Part shown: positions 1 through 9,807 of the stretch, one piece after another
Numbering within the stretch: position 1 is the first letter of the stretch
How the letters are laid out: each line of letters begins with the position of its first letter
DNA from: an uncultured Nitrososphaerota archaeon
Lineage (GTDB): Archaea > Thermoproteota > Nitrososphaeria > Nitrososphaerales > CADDZS01
Length of the DNA stretch: 64,000 nt
Assembly: GCA_963799845.1 (NCBI GenBank)
Contig: CAWCYI010000006.1
Span: forward strand, 1-64,000
Reading direction: 5' to 3'
Made by a program: the position numbers and the translations under genes
Notes under the pieces: model-generated
The model's database searches: none
The model's input: only the letters and a program-made list of their open reading frames with translations
Told to the model about the DNA's origin: nothing

Positions 1-175
1 TGCCTTGACATCGTATTAGTGAGCCAAGGTTTTCACGATCATTCAACTTAAGTTGGGTGCTCGACACTGTGAACATTGTATTTTCCCATTGATGTCTATG
101 AGTAAAACTATGGGCTAGACGATGGGTGAATATTCGGCGAAAGAATGACTTCACAATTACTAACGCTGGCGACTA

Positions 176-538
176 TCAAAGGGCCAAACCTGAGATACTT
201 TTCACAAGCGTGCGACAAGCACTAAGCCCCTTCTCTGTGGCCTCGACTATCTGCCTTGGAGAACCCCTTGTTCGGAGGGACTTTGCATTGCTTATCTTAA
301 CATAACCGAAGCTTTCAAGTTTATTCAGATGGTTCTCCAAGCTCCCCTTTCCCAGTCCTGTGAGCGTCCTTAGTTCTACTGAGCTCATCCTTCGAGCCTG
401 TGCGAGCAACACCAGCATCAGGATTCGAGTGGACGATTTGAGGGCAGAGTCACCAAGCTGATCGTTTAGCGATTTAATCGTCTCATCCTTAGCCATCTTG
501 TCAAAATCTCGCTTGTTGATTTCGTCGTCGTCACTCAA
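176..538 (-). CDS. Winged-helix (ArsR/MarR-like) transcriptional regulator
   Basis: ALKSSTRILMLVLL...LTGLGKGSLENHLNKLESFGYV is a typical wHTH. The TTG start at 538 overlaps the stop of the upstream gene; the longer N-terminus in the ORF track is probably spurious. Confidence 0.75.
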   Translation of the reverse strand: MSDDDEINKRDFDKMAKDETIKSLNDQLGDSALKSSTRILMLVLLAQARRMSSVELRTLTGLGKGSLENHLNKLESFGYVKISNAKSLRTRGSPRQIVEATEKGLSACRTLVKSISGLAL

Positions 539-1208
539 GCCCGGTACGCTCCTCCTCGAATTCTGGAATGTGCCTGGTACGCGCGTAGATTCCGGAGAAT
601 ATCCAAGCGAGAATCGTAGCTCCCACGAGTAGCACGTACGGCCCAGGGCTCGTGGTAATTGACAACAAAGCGATGGACGCAACGCTACTCAACGAGAGTG
701 AGGCTATTGCGATAACAGCCTCTCCGGGAATCTTCTTTGAAAAAGAGAGGCTTAGGGCATAATACAGATAGACAGCCAGTCCAAGGTGTATCAAAAAGAG
801 AACCAGAGGAGCCCGGCTACTTGCAAACGCGACCGTCAAAATCGCGACCGCTTCGATTGCAATCCACAGAGGTACAAGAAAGCGATATCCAAGCAGCCTT
901 GACCAAGCCCGGTCGCCGTCAGGGCGAGTGATGTCCGCGGAGTTTCGCACCCGTTTGAACGCCCAAAGGATGGCAATTAGACCAGAGCCGCTCGTGGTCA
1001 CGTCAATGGGCAGAGTGCTTGCGACTCCGATTGGTCCGAGTGAATCAATGATGGCCGTTCCAAAGCTCGAAAGGAACATTGAAAGTGAGAGCGCAAGGTA
1101 TAGTACTCCCCAAGCTCGCCGGAGCAGGTGTTCGTTCAGGAGAATCGCTTGTTTGACCGCGCGCCTCATTTCATCGGGAGCGACGTCGACCCCTGCGTTG
1201 TCCATCAT
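531..1208 (-). CDS. Hypothetical multi-pass membrane protein
   Basis: 225 aa with about 6 hydrophobic segments; translationally coupled to the wHTH gene. Confidence 0.7.
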   Translation of the reverse strand: MMDNAGVDVAPDEMRRAVKQAILLNEHLLRRAWGVLYLALSLSMFLSSFGTAIIDSLGPIGVASTLPIDVTTSGSGLIAILWAFKRVRNSADITRPDGDRAWSRLLGYRFLVPLWIAIEAVAILTVAFASSRAPLVLFLIHLGLAVYLYYALSLSFSKKIPGEAVIAIASLSLSSVASIALLSITTSPGPYVLLVGATILAWIFSGIYARTRHIPEFEEERTGLE

Positions 1209-1267
1209 TTCGGCTCTGGCATCTGCATTCTTTGTCTTACTGCTTCCACATTATAAAATGCGGCCAT

Positions 1268-1286
1268 AGGTACAAAATTTGTACCT
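1268..1286. promoter_or_regulatory. Perfect palindrome, putative operator between divergent genes
   Basis: AGGTACAAA-A-TTTGTACCT (9-bp arms), between TATA-like elements at 1251-1258 and about 1296-1302. Confidence 0.6.
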
Positions 1287-1307
1287 TTCGGACTTCTTAT
1301 ATCCGCT

Positions 1308-1604
1308 TTGACCACTTCGAAACTCGTGGGAAAATCTAGGTTCGAGGTAGGCGAGAGGGAGAAGCACTCTCTCACAGTCGATACTGACATGGTTATGAAG
1401 AAAATCCGTATCGAAGTGGATGGTCAGAAGGTCATTGACGAATCTCTCTTCTCGCCTGGCGCGAAGAAGTTCGCGTTCGATGTCGGGAGTTCAGAGGTTC
1501 ACAAAGTCGAAGTCAACTTCGGAATGACGCGCTGGGCCTTTGGGAGAAAACTCACCGTGCTCGTGGATGGCAAGCCTGTACAGAGCTCTAGCGCCGGTAA
1601 ATAG
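1308..1604 (+). CDS. Hypothetical small beta-rich protein
   Basis: 98-aa ORF directly upstream of the ABC exporter genes; sequence looks protein-like. Confidence 0.6.
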   Translation: MTTSKLVGKSRFEVGEREKHSLTVDTDMVMKKIRIEVDGQKVIDESLFSPGAKKFAFDVGSSEVHKVEVNFGMTRWAFGRKLTVLVDGKPVQSSSAGK

Positions 1605-1636
1605 AGCTGGGCACTTGCCATCAGTGATGCCGCCGG

Positions 1637-2581
1637 ATGATTGAAACTAAAGGTCTCACGAAGAGGTTCGGTGACCTCACAGCCGTTGACAACCTGACTC
1701 TCAAAGTCAACGCTGGAGAGGTTTTCGGTTTCTTGGGGCCAAACGGGGCAGGGAAGACGACTACCGTAAGGATGCTCTGCTGCCTCATCTCGAAGACGAG
1801 CGGCGAAGCCAGGATCGGCGACTACGACACGGGGAGGAGCGAGGACGCTCTGAAGATACGGAAGCTCATCGGCTTGGTGCCTGACAACGTGGGCCTGTAC
1901 GACGACCTGAGCGCCTACGACAACCTGGACTTTTACGGCAAGCTGTACGGTTGCACGGAGGCCCAGAGGAAGGAGAACATCCAGCGATTCCTGACGATGC
2001 TGGGTCTCTGGGAGAAGAGGGATGCTATGGCGGGAACCTTCTCCAAAGGGATGAAGCAGAAGCTCGCCATCGCGCGCGCCCTCATACACGAGCCAAAGCT
2101 CCTCTTCATGGACGAACCCACGGCCAACCTGGACCCGGAGTCCGCCAAGACGGTCAGGGACTTCATCCTTGAGCTGAAGAAGGAGAAGAGGACCATCTTC
2201 CTCAACACGCACAACCTGGACGAGGCCCAGAGGATATGCGACAGGATCGGAATCTTGAGCACCAGGCTCATCGCGACGGGTACCCCGCAGGAGCTCGAGA
2301 AGGCGCTCAGCAGCGGGGGAGGCACCAGGAGGACAGTCGTGCTGCTTCAGGAGCAAGCGACCGACGCGATTCTGGCGGGAGTGAGAAAGCTCCCCGCTGT
2401 GGGGAGCGTCACGGCTGAAGGGAACAAGCTGGAGGTCGCATTGAGCGACCCTGACAAGCAGAACGCCGCTGTAATCGAGGCAATCGTCAAGGCCGGAGGA
2501 CACATCCAGTCCGTGACGATAGTCAGCGCCTCGCTTGAAGACGTCTACCTGAAGCTGGTGAGGGAAGGAGGGGGCGGTTAG
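1637..2581 (+). CDS. ABC transporter ATP-binding protein (ABC-2/multidrug type)
   Basis: Walker A GPNGAGKTT, signature FSKGMKQK, Walker B LLFMDEP, H-loop THN. Confidence 0.95.
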   Translation: MIETKGLTKRFGDLTAVDNLTLKVNAGEVFGFLGPNGAGKTTTVRMLCCLISKTSGEARIGDYDTGRSEDALKIRKLIGLVPDNVGLYDDLSAYDNLDFYGKLYGCTEAQRKENIQRFLTMLGLWEKRDAMAGTFSKGMKQKLAIARALIHEPKLLFMDEPTANLDPESAKTVRDFILELKKEKRTIFLNTHNLDEAQRICDRIGILSTRLIATGTPQELEKALSSGGGTRRTVVLLQEQATDAILAGVRKLPAVGSVTAEGNKLEVALSDPDKQNAAVIEAIVKAGGHIQSVTIVSASLEDVYLKLVREGGGG

Positions 2582-2586
2582 GGACC

Positions 2587-3318
2587 TTGCGGCTCTCTCA
2601 GTCCTGGATCATAGCGGCGAAGGACTTCAAGATTTTCCGCAAGAAGAAGGGCATCGTCTATTTGGTGGTCTTCATTCCGCTTTTCGTCGCCATTCTCATC
2701 CCCGCGGTCATAGGCTTCATCGGCCAGAGGAAGTCCCCTGCCGAGCTGGTGGTCCTGCTACCTGCGTTCCTCTTCTTCTACGTCATCCTGGGCTCGTATC
2801 TCTCTACTCCGATAGCATCCTACACCATCGCCGGCGAAAAGGTCGAGAAGAGCCTCGAGCCGCTGCTTGCGACGCCAACGACGGACAGCGAGATCCTACT
2901 CGGAAAGGGCATTGCCGCCTTCCTTCCGCCGCTGGCCGCGGTGCTGGGAGGATCCGCGCTCTTCATGCTTCTCATGGACCTGACCACCAAGGGCAGGCTT
3001 GGTTACTACTACTTCCCAGACTGGAATTCAGCCATCGTCATACTGTTGCTTCTTCCGCTCGCATTGTTGATGAGCGTACAGATGAACGTAATCATGTCCT
3101 CAAGGGTGACCGACGTCAGGGCTGGACAACAACTCGGGGGGCTGACAGTCGTTCCATTCATTGGGGTGTACGTCGCCGGAGAACTGAACTTGATCAACCT
3201 GGGAGACACCACCAACCTGGCGATAATCGCGGGAGCCTTGGTCGTGGTGGACGTGCTGCTCTTCTTCGTCTCGACAGCGGCCTTCCACAGAGAGGAGATA
3301 CTAACGAAGTGGAAGTAG
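2587..3318 (+). CDS. ABC-2 type permease
   Basis: Six TM segments and the motif AGEKVEKSLEPLLATP; follows the ATPase gene. Confidence 0.9.
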   Translation: MRLSQSWIIAAKDFKIFRKKKGIVYLVVFIPLFVAILIPAVIGFIGQRKSPAELVVLLPAFLFFYVILGSYLSTPIASYTIAGEKVEKSLEPLLATPTTDSEILLGKGIAAFLPPLAAVLGGSALFMLLMDLTTKGRLGYYYFPDWNSAIVILLLLPLALLMSVQMNVIMSSRVTDVRAGQQLGGLTVVPFIGVYVAGELNLINLGDTTNLAIIAGALVVVDVLLFFVSTAAFHREEILTKWK

Positions 3319-3482
3319 GCCCCTCGACTTCGAGGAGGTGCGAGTAGCTTGAGACGCCCCTCCTCCTCTGTGTCTTGGGCATGCTCTCAGGGGTGCGGTC
3401 CCCTCTTCCCAATATGACCCGAACGCGGGTGGGAGCGGGCCGCGACGGGATCCCAACCTAGGACGCGTCTACAACTTCCAGG

Positions 3483-3995
3483 GTGGTGCTCACAGTCCTC
3501 CGCATGGAATTGATTGAGAGGAAGGTCTCCCTGATGATGTCGCACCTGCCAGACCAGGAACTTCTCCGTGACCCTGCTTTTCACCAGGTCGCCCGCTTGA
3601 CTGTCCTGCGTGCGATAATGAACAGCAAGCGCACCAAGCCAGCAGAGCTGAAGCGAGCGAAGGAGTTCTTCCAGATAGACGCAAATCTAACCTATCTAGG
3701 ATCGCAGAACGTGTCCGTTAATTATGTAAACCCATTCCTTGCAGGCATTTCAGTACAAAGTCTTGTGAACTCCAGCAGATATGTCTGGGGATTTCAGCCG
3801 TCATCTGCTGTTTACTTTAGCAACACAATGAGTTATGGGATGAGCTTTCTAGGGAGCATCGATATTCCTACAAACACATCCGAGTTTATCACAGGTCAGG
3901 GATACTCGATAAATTTCTCGCCGAGCATCTGGTACACGCGAACTAGTGAAAGTATTGGAAATCTCCAGTTTCAATGGAATTTCACTTTAGTTTGA
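3483..3995 (+). pseudogene. Apparently chimeric ORF (two fused gene fragments)
   Basis: Base composition and amino-acid style change abruptly near 3680, from GC-rich and helical to AT-rich with S/N/Y/F-rich secreted-like sequence. Confidence 0.4.
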
Positions 3996-4190
3996 GCAAG
4001 ACAACAAGAAATTCCGTTTCAAATTAACGAAAGACTTGATACTTTGTTTAGGTAGCATTTGTCAATACTATCAGAAATTGATTTTCATTGACTAAATGAG
4101 GAATTAAGACTTAACAAAATCGTCTAAATCTAAATATCTGAGATGGTCTTATACCTATATCGATAGAAATCCCACCGGGCCCGCCTTCAG

Positions 4191-4630
4191 CTATTTTCTT
4201 ACATCTTGGAACTTCTTAACCACCCAGCTATGAACTTCAGGGATTCGAAGGGTAAAAAGACTCAGGTGCCCTTCGTCCTTTTCCAAATGGGCCTCAGCGT
4301 TCGGGATGAGTGATGCTAGCCACTTCCCGTGCGAGAACGGCACGAATTTGTAGTGCTGACCTTGCCAGATCTGAACAGGGACGCGAATTGAAGCCGGATA
4401 GAACCCCCAAAGCTTGGATGTTGCCAGGCCATCGTCGCACACTCATCTGATTCCATTTTTGAACACTTCTTGGAATTTGGATTGAAAGTATTTCATCAGC
4501 TCATCAAAAAGAACGCCGTTATCCACTTCGGATAGCAATGTTTCGAACATTTGGAAAATTTCAGCCTTGGTCGCATGCAACATAATGTCCGCATCTTGAC
4601 GATTCTTCATTTCCCATTCATTCGGAATCC
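4191..4630 (-). pseudogene. Alpha/beta hydrolase C-terminal remnant
   Basis: WGF..ASIRVPVQIWQG..KFVP.SHGKWLASLIPNAE...EGHLS; in-frame TGA just upstream and no N-terminal half. Confidence 0.7.
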
Positions 4631-4965
4631 CAATGAACAGGAAAAAAGTAGAATACCAAATATTACGGCAACGAGAAATATGTGACCACGAGAACTTTGG
4701 TTTCCTACCTCATACAACATTAGAAGACTATGCCGATATGATCGCGTTTTACCTAAACCTGTATTAGATAAGGATTATCGGGCGTTTCTTTCGGTAGGCC
4801 CTGCTGGCTCTTTTTAAGAGAGTACATCCCACATCATCATTTCCGGAAGGACGAGCTGCTTGAGTTGTTCCGCAAATGCTCTCCGCTAGGTCTGGAAGAG
4901 AAAGACGAGCACTACTGTTTGACCCTGATTCGCAACTAGGGCAGGGTAAGAAAATTTGAATTCGT

Positions 4966-6588
4966 TTATTCTGGTGGTATCTCGCTGAAAACGAGGCTAA
5001 GGTCTATGCCCTCACGCTTTCTGATAGCTTTCGAGATTGGATAAAACAGGATCGAGGCAAGCAATCCAAACAGCACTACCGCAATTGCCCCGATAGAGAT
5101 TGTACCCGTGCTAGTGCCAGACGCCGCGGGCTCCAAGAATGTTAGCAGAATGATTATGATAAGACCAACCCCCTGCACAAGACCCGTGATCGTAATCAAC
5201 GGAAAGCCTCCAATTTTTTTCCTTGCAATACCGGGAGCAAGATTGTAAATGTCCTTTTTCCTAAATGGTAGAATAGCAGCGGTAAAGCCGTTTGGCATGA
5301 AAGCTATCGCAACGATCAGTGTTGTCGCAAGCACTTCTCCTAGGGCGGCCGAATAATACGCATCGATGACAGCAACGATCGCAGTGAGAATGCCGACAAA
5401 CGCGAGTGAGAATACAGGAGTTTGCGTCCTATTGGACACCGATGAAAATCGCTCAGGGATTAGCCTATCAAAACTCCACGCAAAGACAATCCTGCTCGCT
5501 GGAAGTAATGTCACTGACAGAAATCCCAGCATCGCAAGTCCAAAACCCATTCCTATTAGAAAGGTAATATTCGGATCCTTCACGAGAGCTAGTAAGAGGG
5601 TATTGAAGGTGAAAACTCCTAGTGAGGCTGTCGGACCATTCAGCGATCCGAGAAATCCGAAATCAGACATGAAAGTATATCCAAAAACTGCCAGAAAACC
5701 AAGTATCCCAATGGCGGCAATCATCCAAGCAACGATAGTTCCACCCATCAATCCGATGGTCATGCTGCGCTGAGTATTCTTGATCTCACCAGCAAAGTAC
5801 GCAGAGATGGGGGCTGCCATGAAGAAGAAGAGAAATATCATCGCGCCTGAAGTCGTCAAAACAGAAGAAGATACAGACTGAGGCCATCCGGTCGCGGTAG
5901 CGTTGGTAACCACTGCTGAGAAATTCAGTGGTGTTATTGCCTGAGAGTTAAAATTGTTGACGAGAGATTGATGATTTGCGGTCGCAAGATATCCAATGAA
6001 GACTATCACCATGACAAGTGCGTAAATTGCAATGATTCTGACAAACCAGAACCATTTCTTCGTGCCCAAGATAGCCAAGCCAAAAATCAGAAGAATAATG
6101 AGCACCGTCAAGATCGCAAGGTTGCTCGCGCTGGTGTAGATCCAGCTCGACACAGTCTGGGCATACTGCGGATAAGAAGTGATTATGGCGGGTCCGATAA
6201 AAGCCTCGAGAGCGACGACAGCGAGCGAGGCTATTCCGACGACAAATGAAAACTCTACCATGAAGGAGGGAATCATACCCCATATCGGATTGACTATTCT
6301 CGAGCCAAACACGTAGTCTCCTCCGGCCCTAGGAAGGGTAGCAGAAAGGCAAATTGTGTTGTATGCGACTGTGATTAATAGGATCAAAGAGAGCCCGAAT
6401 ACCAGAGGTAGATCCACCCCCTCGTAGATCGAGGGGAGAGTCGTAACGCCAAGAGCTATCAGGACGATCGGGCCAGCGCTCGAGAGCGTGTAGAACAGAA
6501 CATCAGTTGCCGAAATAGACTTGACCAGACCCGTAGATTGTCGCGTGAAAAGCGCCGGCTTTTTGTTATCGTTACTTTTTTCGGACAA
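4966..6588 (-). CDS. APC-family amino acid/polyamine permease
   Basis: LFTRQSTGLVK N-terminus, PRAGGDYVFGSR, SRIVFAWSFDRLIP and C-terminal FSEIPPE; about 12 TM segments. Confidence 0.9.
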   Translation of the reverse strand: MSEKSNDNKKPALFTRQSTGLVKSISATDVLFYTLSSAGPIVLIALGVTTLPSIYEGVDLPLVFGLSLILLITVAYNTICLSATLPRAGGDYVFGSRIVNPIWGMIPSFMVEFSFVVGIASLAVVALEAFIGPAIITSYPQYAQTVSSWIYTSASNLAILTVLIILLIFGLAILGTKKWFWFVRIIAIYALVMVIVFIGYLATANHQSLVNNFNSQAITPLNFSAVVTNATATGWPQSVSSSVLTTSGAMIFLFFFMAAPISAYFAGEIKNTQRSMTIGLMGGTIVAWMIAAIGILGFLAVFGYTFMSDFGFLGSLNGPTASLGVFTFNTLLLALVKDPNITFLIGMGFGLAMLGFLSVTLLPASRIVFAWSFDRLIPERFSSVSNRTQTPVFSLAFVGILTAIVAVIDAYYSAALGEVLATTLIVAIAFMPNGFTAAILPFRKKDIYNLAPGIARKKIGGFPLITITGLVQGVGLIIIILLTFLEPAASGTSTGTISIGAIAVVLFGLLASILFYPISKAIRKREGIDLSLVFSEIPPE

Positions 6589-6787
6589 CGCCAAAGCGCG
6601 AAGGACCCCGTGTATTAAGTATTGTGAGATAACACACAACTTTATTGAGCGAATTCGCCGGCCCGCTGTGACGTTCAAGAATTTAGGTCGTTGGTTGCTG
6701 CTATTGGCCCGGACAAGCTAGGCAGTCATGCGAAGATCGGCCAATATTTGTACTCCAAGACTTCTTCGACACTCCAATCAGCGCTTT

Positions 6788-8383
6788 TCAAACGCCAATA
6801 CTCTTAGCTCTTAGATCATCGAGTATTACATTTGCCGCGTTGTAACCAGCCGCTAGGAATATACTTCCACCGGGATGGCAGGAAGAGCTGCACATGTAGA
6901 GGCCTTTGATCGGAGTTCGGTAATCAGAATATTCTCTTAGGGGCCTTCGGATTCCGCTTTGGTTGTAGTCCATCCGTCCGAGGCTCCAGTTCCCCGTTCT
7001 CATGCTCACAATTTTTTTCTCGTATTCGAACGGCGAATAGATGTACCTCGCTATCACGTTAGACTTTTTCATGTTGGGGGCGTACTCAGACCACTTTTCC
7101 AAGACAAGATCCGCGTATTCTTCCTTAATTTCATCGAATCTCTTTCTCCCGCCTTGAAATACGTCAGTGTTGGGCATTTCCCTGTATGCTACGGCCACGT
7201 GCTTACCGGGAGGCGCGTACGACTTGTCGAAGAGTGTGTTGACTCCCGCCTCGTACCTGGGAATCGATGGCAGCTCGCCGTGGTCCAGCGACTTGAGGTC
7301 GTCCCTGAGATCGCCATAATTTTCGTACCCAATGTCTTGGCTCCAGCCGAGGTCGATGGTCTTATCGATGGTTTTGTACTTTGGAGCCTCGTCTAGTTCG
7401 TAATGAACGTTGAACAACGCATTTCCTCGATAATCGAAACGTTCCACTTTCTTTCGGAAATCCTGATCCAAAGCCGATTCATCCAGTAGTTCGAGAAAGG
7501 TGGTTGTGACATCCGTTGCTGAAACGATCGCTTTCCTCGCACTAATTTCGCGATCACCACGTATCATCGGATTGTTGGTTTCGCCTAGGCTTACTCCACT
7601 GGCTTTCCCGTTGTTATCGACAAGAATCTTCTTCACAGGAGCGTTGACAAAGATCTTTCCGCCATAATAAGCGACTATCCGGGATAGCGTGTGAGACAAT
7701 TGAATCGTCCCGCCGCCTGGAAGGTACATATGGTTGCAAAGTCCCAGAAAAGTGGGAACTAGGTCACCCATACTTTCGTAATCTGGAGCCCAACCTGCAA
7801 ACCAAATATTCGCTAGGATGAAAGTCTTGACGGTTTCGTCTTCGAAGAGATCGTCAGCTACCTCGAAGGGGGTCATCTGAAACCAGTCCGGTCTGAACCA
7901 TTCCAGCTTGGAGATAATTTTCTCCGTTTCGGGGTTCGGATCCTTCGGGACAGAGTACACCGTCGCGAGCATAAGTTTCTTGAAGACAGGGTTAATCTCT
8001 GTCTTTATTTTGGAATATATTCTAGCATCCTTTCTTGAGAATTTTGCAAAACTCTTCTCAGTGATGCTCGTCTGATTATGAATTAGTATAGAATTGTTGT
8101 TAGATAGCGGAGCCGACCAGGGGATGGACGGATGGAAATACTTCATCCCGAAATTTTCGATTTGGAGATCATCCCAAGCTGGCGCATAATCTGGCCAGAG
8201 GTGAAAGTTGGAGTGCATGTTGTGTAAGAAACTAGGGAACAGAGGTTCCTCTGTATAGAGTCCGCCCCCTGCAACCGATCTCGATTCGAAAATCCCGACA
8301 GATAGGCCCTCTTTGGCAAGATAAGCTGCAAGTGTTAGGCCGTTATGACCTGCCCCAATCACGACGATGTCGAACTCAGCCAT
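6788..8383 (-). CDS. NAD(P)/FAD-dependent oxidoreductase, phytoene dehydrogenase-like
   Basis: VIGAGHNGL FAD motif, APPGKH, YRTPIKGLYMCSSSCHPGG..AAGYNAA. Confidence 0.88.
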   Translation of the reverse strand: MAEFDIVVIGAGHNGLTLAAYLAKEGLSVGIFESRSVAGGGLYTEEPLFPSFLHNMHSNFHLWPDYAPAWDDLQIENFGMKYFHPSIPWSAPLSNNNSILIHNQTSITEKSFAKFSRKDARIYSKIKTEINPVFKKLMLATVYSVPKDPNPETEKIISKLEWFRPDWFQMTPFEVADDLFEDETVKTFILANIWFAGWAPDYESMGDLVPTFLGLCNHMYLPGGGTIQLSHTLSRIVAYYGGKIFVNAPVKKILVDNNGKASGVSLGETNNPMIRGDREISARKAIVSATDVTTTFLELLDESALDQDFRKKVERFDYRGNALFNVHYELDEAPKYKTIDKTIDLGWSQDIGYENYGDLRDDLKSLDHGELPSIPRYEAGVNTLFDKSYAPPGKHVAVAYREMPNTDVFQGGRKRFDEIKEEYADLVLEKWSEYAPNMKKSNVIARYIYSPFEYEKKIVSMRTGNWSLGRMDYNQSGIRRPLREYSDYRTPIKGLYMCSSSCHPGGSIFLAAGYNAANVILDDLRAKSIGV

Positions 8384-8652
8384 TACGGTTTTCTTTCTCC
8401 AAGAGAACTGACAAATATATGAAATGACCTGAGATTATTTGACATGCTCTGAAAAGATCTACAAATTATCATTGTAAAATACTCATCTCGGAACAGATGA
8501 TGGTCACACACCTGAACTTCAAGCGAAATCATCTCCGCCATACGGTCGTCACTTTATGTAAGATACCCAGTGGGAAGGCTGAAAACATTTGAAGCTTGAA
8601 AATCCAGTCGACCAGAAAGAAAGGAGTGTCAAGAAATGCGAGGCTTGGATAA

Positions 8653-9652
8653 TTGAGATTGGGACTAAGCCTTTTCGGAAACTTAACGCTGAGCCAAATG
8701 GCAAATTTATCGGTCGAAGCCGAGAAAATGAATTTCGAATCCGTTTGGGTCGCTGAAGGGGCCGGGTCAGATGCTTTCGAGGCTTCTGCCGTGATCGCCT
8801 TGAATACGTCAAAGATAGGAATAGGAACTGACATTGTCAGCATTTACACTAGACATCCATGTGTTCTCAGCTTCGGCTGCCGCGTCGTTGGACGAGATTT
8901 CCAAAGGAAGATTCAGACTGGGTTTAGGAGCGAGCCATTCATCAATTGTACAGAAGCAGCTCGGATTGAAGTATTCAAAGCCGGTCAAGAGAATGGAAGA
9001 AACCATTCAGTTGCTGAGAAGAATACTTGCGGGAAAGGAACCCGTAAGTTATAGCGGGGAGATTTTTACCGTTTCAAATTACTCTCTTTGGTTCAAGCCC
9101 TTCAAGCCCGATCTTCAGATTTATGTCGCCGCAGGAGGACCTCGGATGACCGAATTATTGGCAAGACAAGCCAATGGCTCACTATTCTTTTTGAAAACTC
9201 CCAAAGCTCTGTCCTCAGCGATCGAGAGGGTAAAGGAGATTTCTGCTGAAGAAGGACGCGATGTCGATATTGGTCTGGTAATCCCCTGCGCGATTCACGA
9301 GAAAATTTCTATTGCCAGAAAAATAGCAAGTATGACAATGGCGATGTATATTTTGGAATACGAAACTTACCGAAAGTCCCTGTCTAATCAGGGCTTTTCC
9401 GAGGAGGTAAGCAAAATTGTTCTGGCGAGTAAATCAGGCGCCGAAAATGCGGCGCAATTTGTTACTGCTCGCTTGGTCGAGGCTCTTTGCCTAAGCGGGA
9501 ACTCCGACGCTGTCAAGAAGCAGATCAAACAATTCGAAGAAAGAGGTGTTGACTTGTTGATTCTAGAACCGTGCTTTTTTCCCAACGAGGAGTTCGAAGA
9601 CACCGTTCGAAGAACCATCAAACTATCTGGAGTCCACAATGCTTCTGTATAA
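8653..9652 (+). CDS. LLM-class flavin/F420-dependent oxidoreductase (frameshift at about 8869)
   Basis: AEKMNFESVWVAE...TRHP in one frame continues as AAASLDEISKGRFRLGLG...YVAAGGPRM in the next frame. Confidence 0.8.
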
Positions 9653-9807
9653 CCATGATTCATCTCTTCACAGACCGATTACACCGCAAAATCCTCTGCG
9701 GATTCTTTCGATTTATCGTTCGGAACTTCCTCTGATTCTGCATGGTCAGACATAACTTTCTCAAAAAGTGAGAAATGAAATCTGATTTTGGGATCACAAA
9801 AAATGGT

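Noticed and set aside
1499-2503. 334-aa minus-strand ORF
   Set aside because: Antisense shadow of the GC-rich ABC ATPase gene; no motifs of its own.
4780-4940. Short protein-like remnant (FRKDELLELFRK...) containing a CCCTGA motif
   Set aside because: Too short and degraded to assign, so the motif was not counted with the junction repeats.
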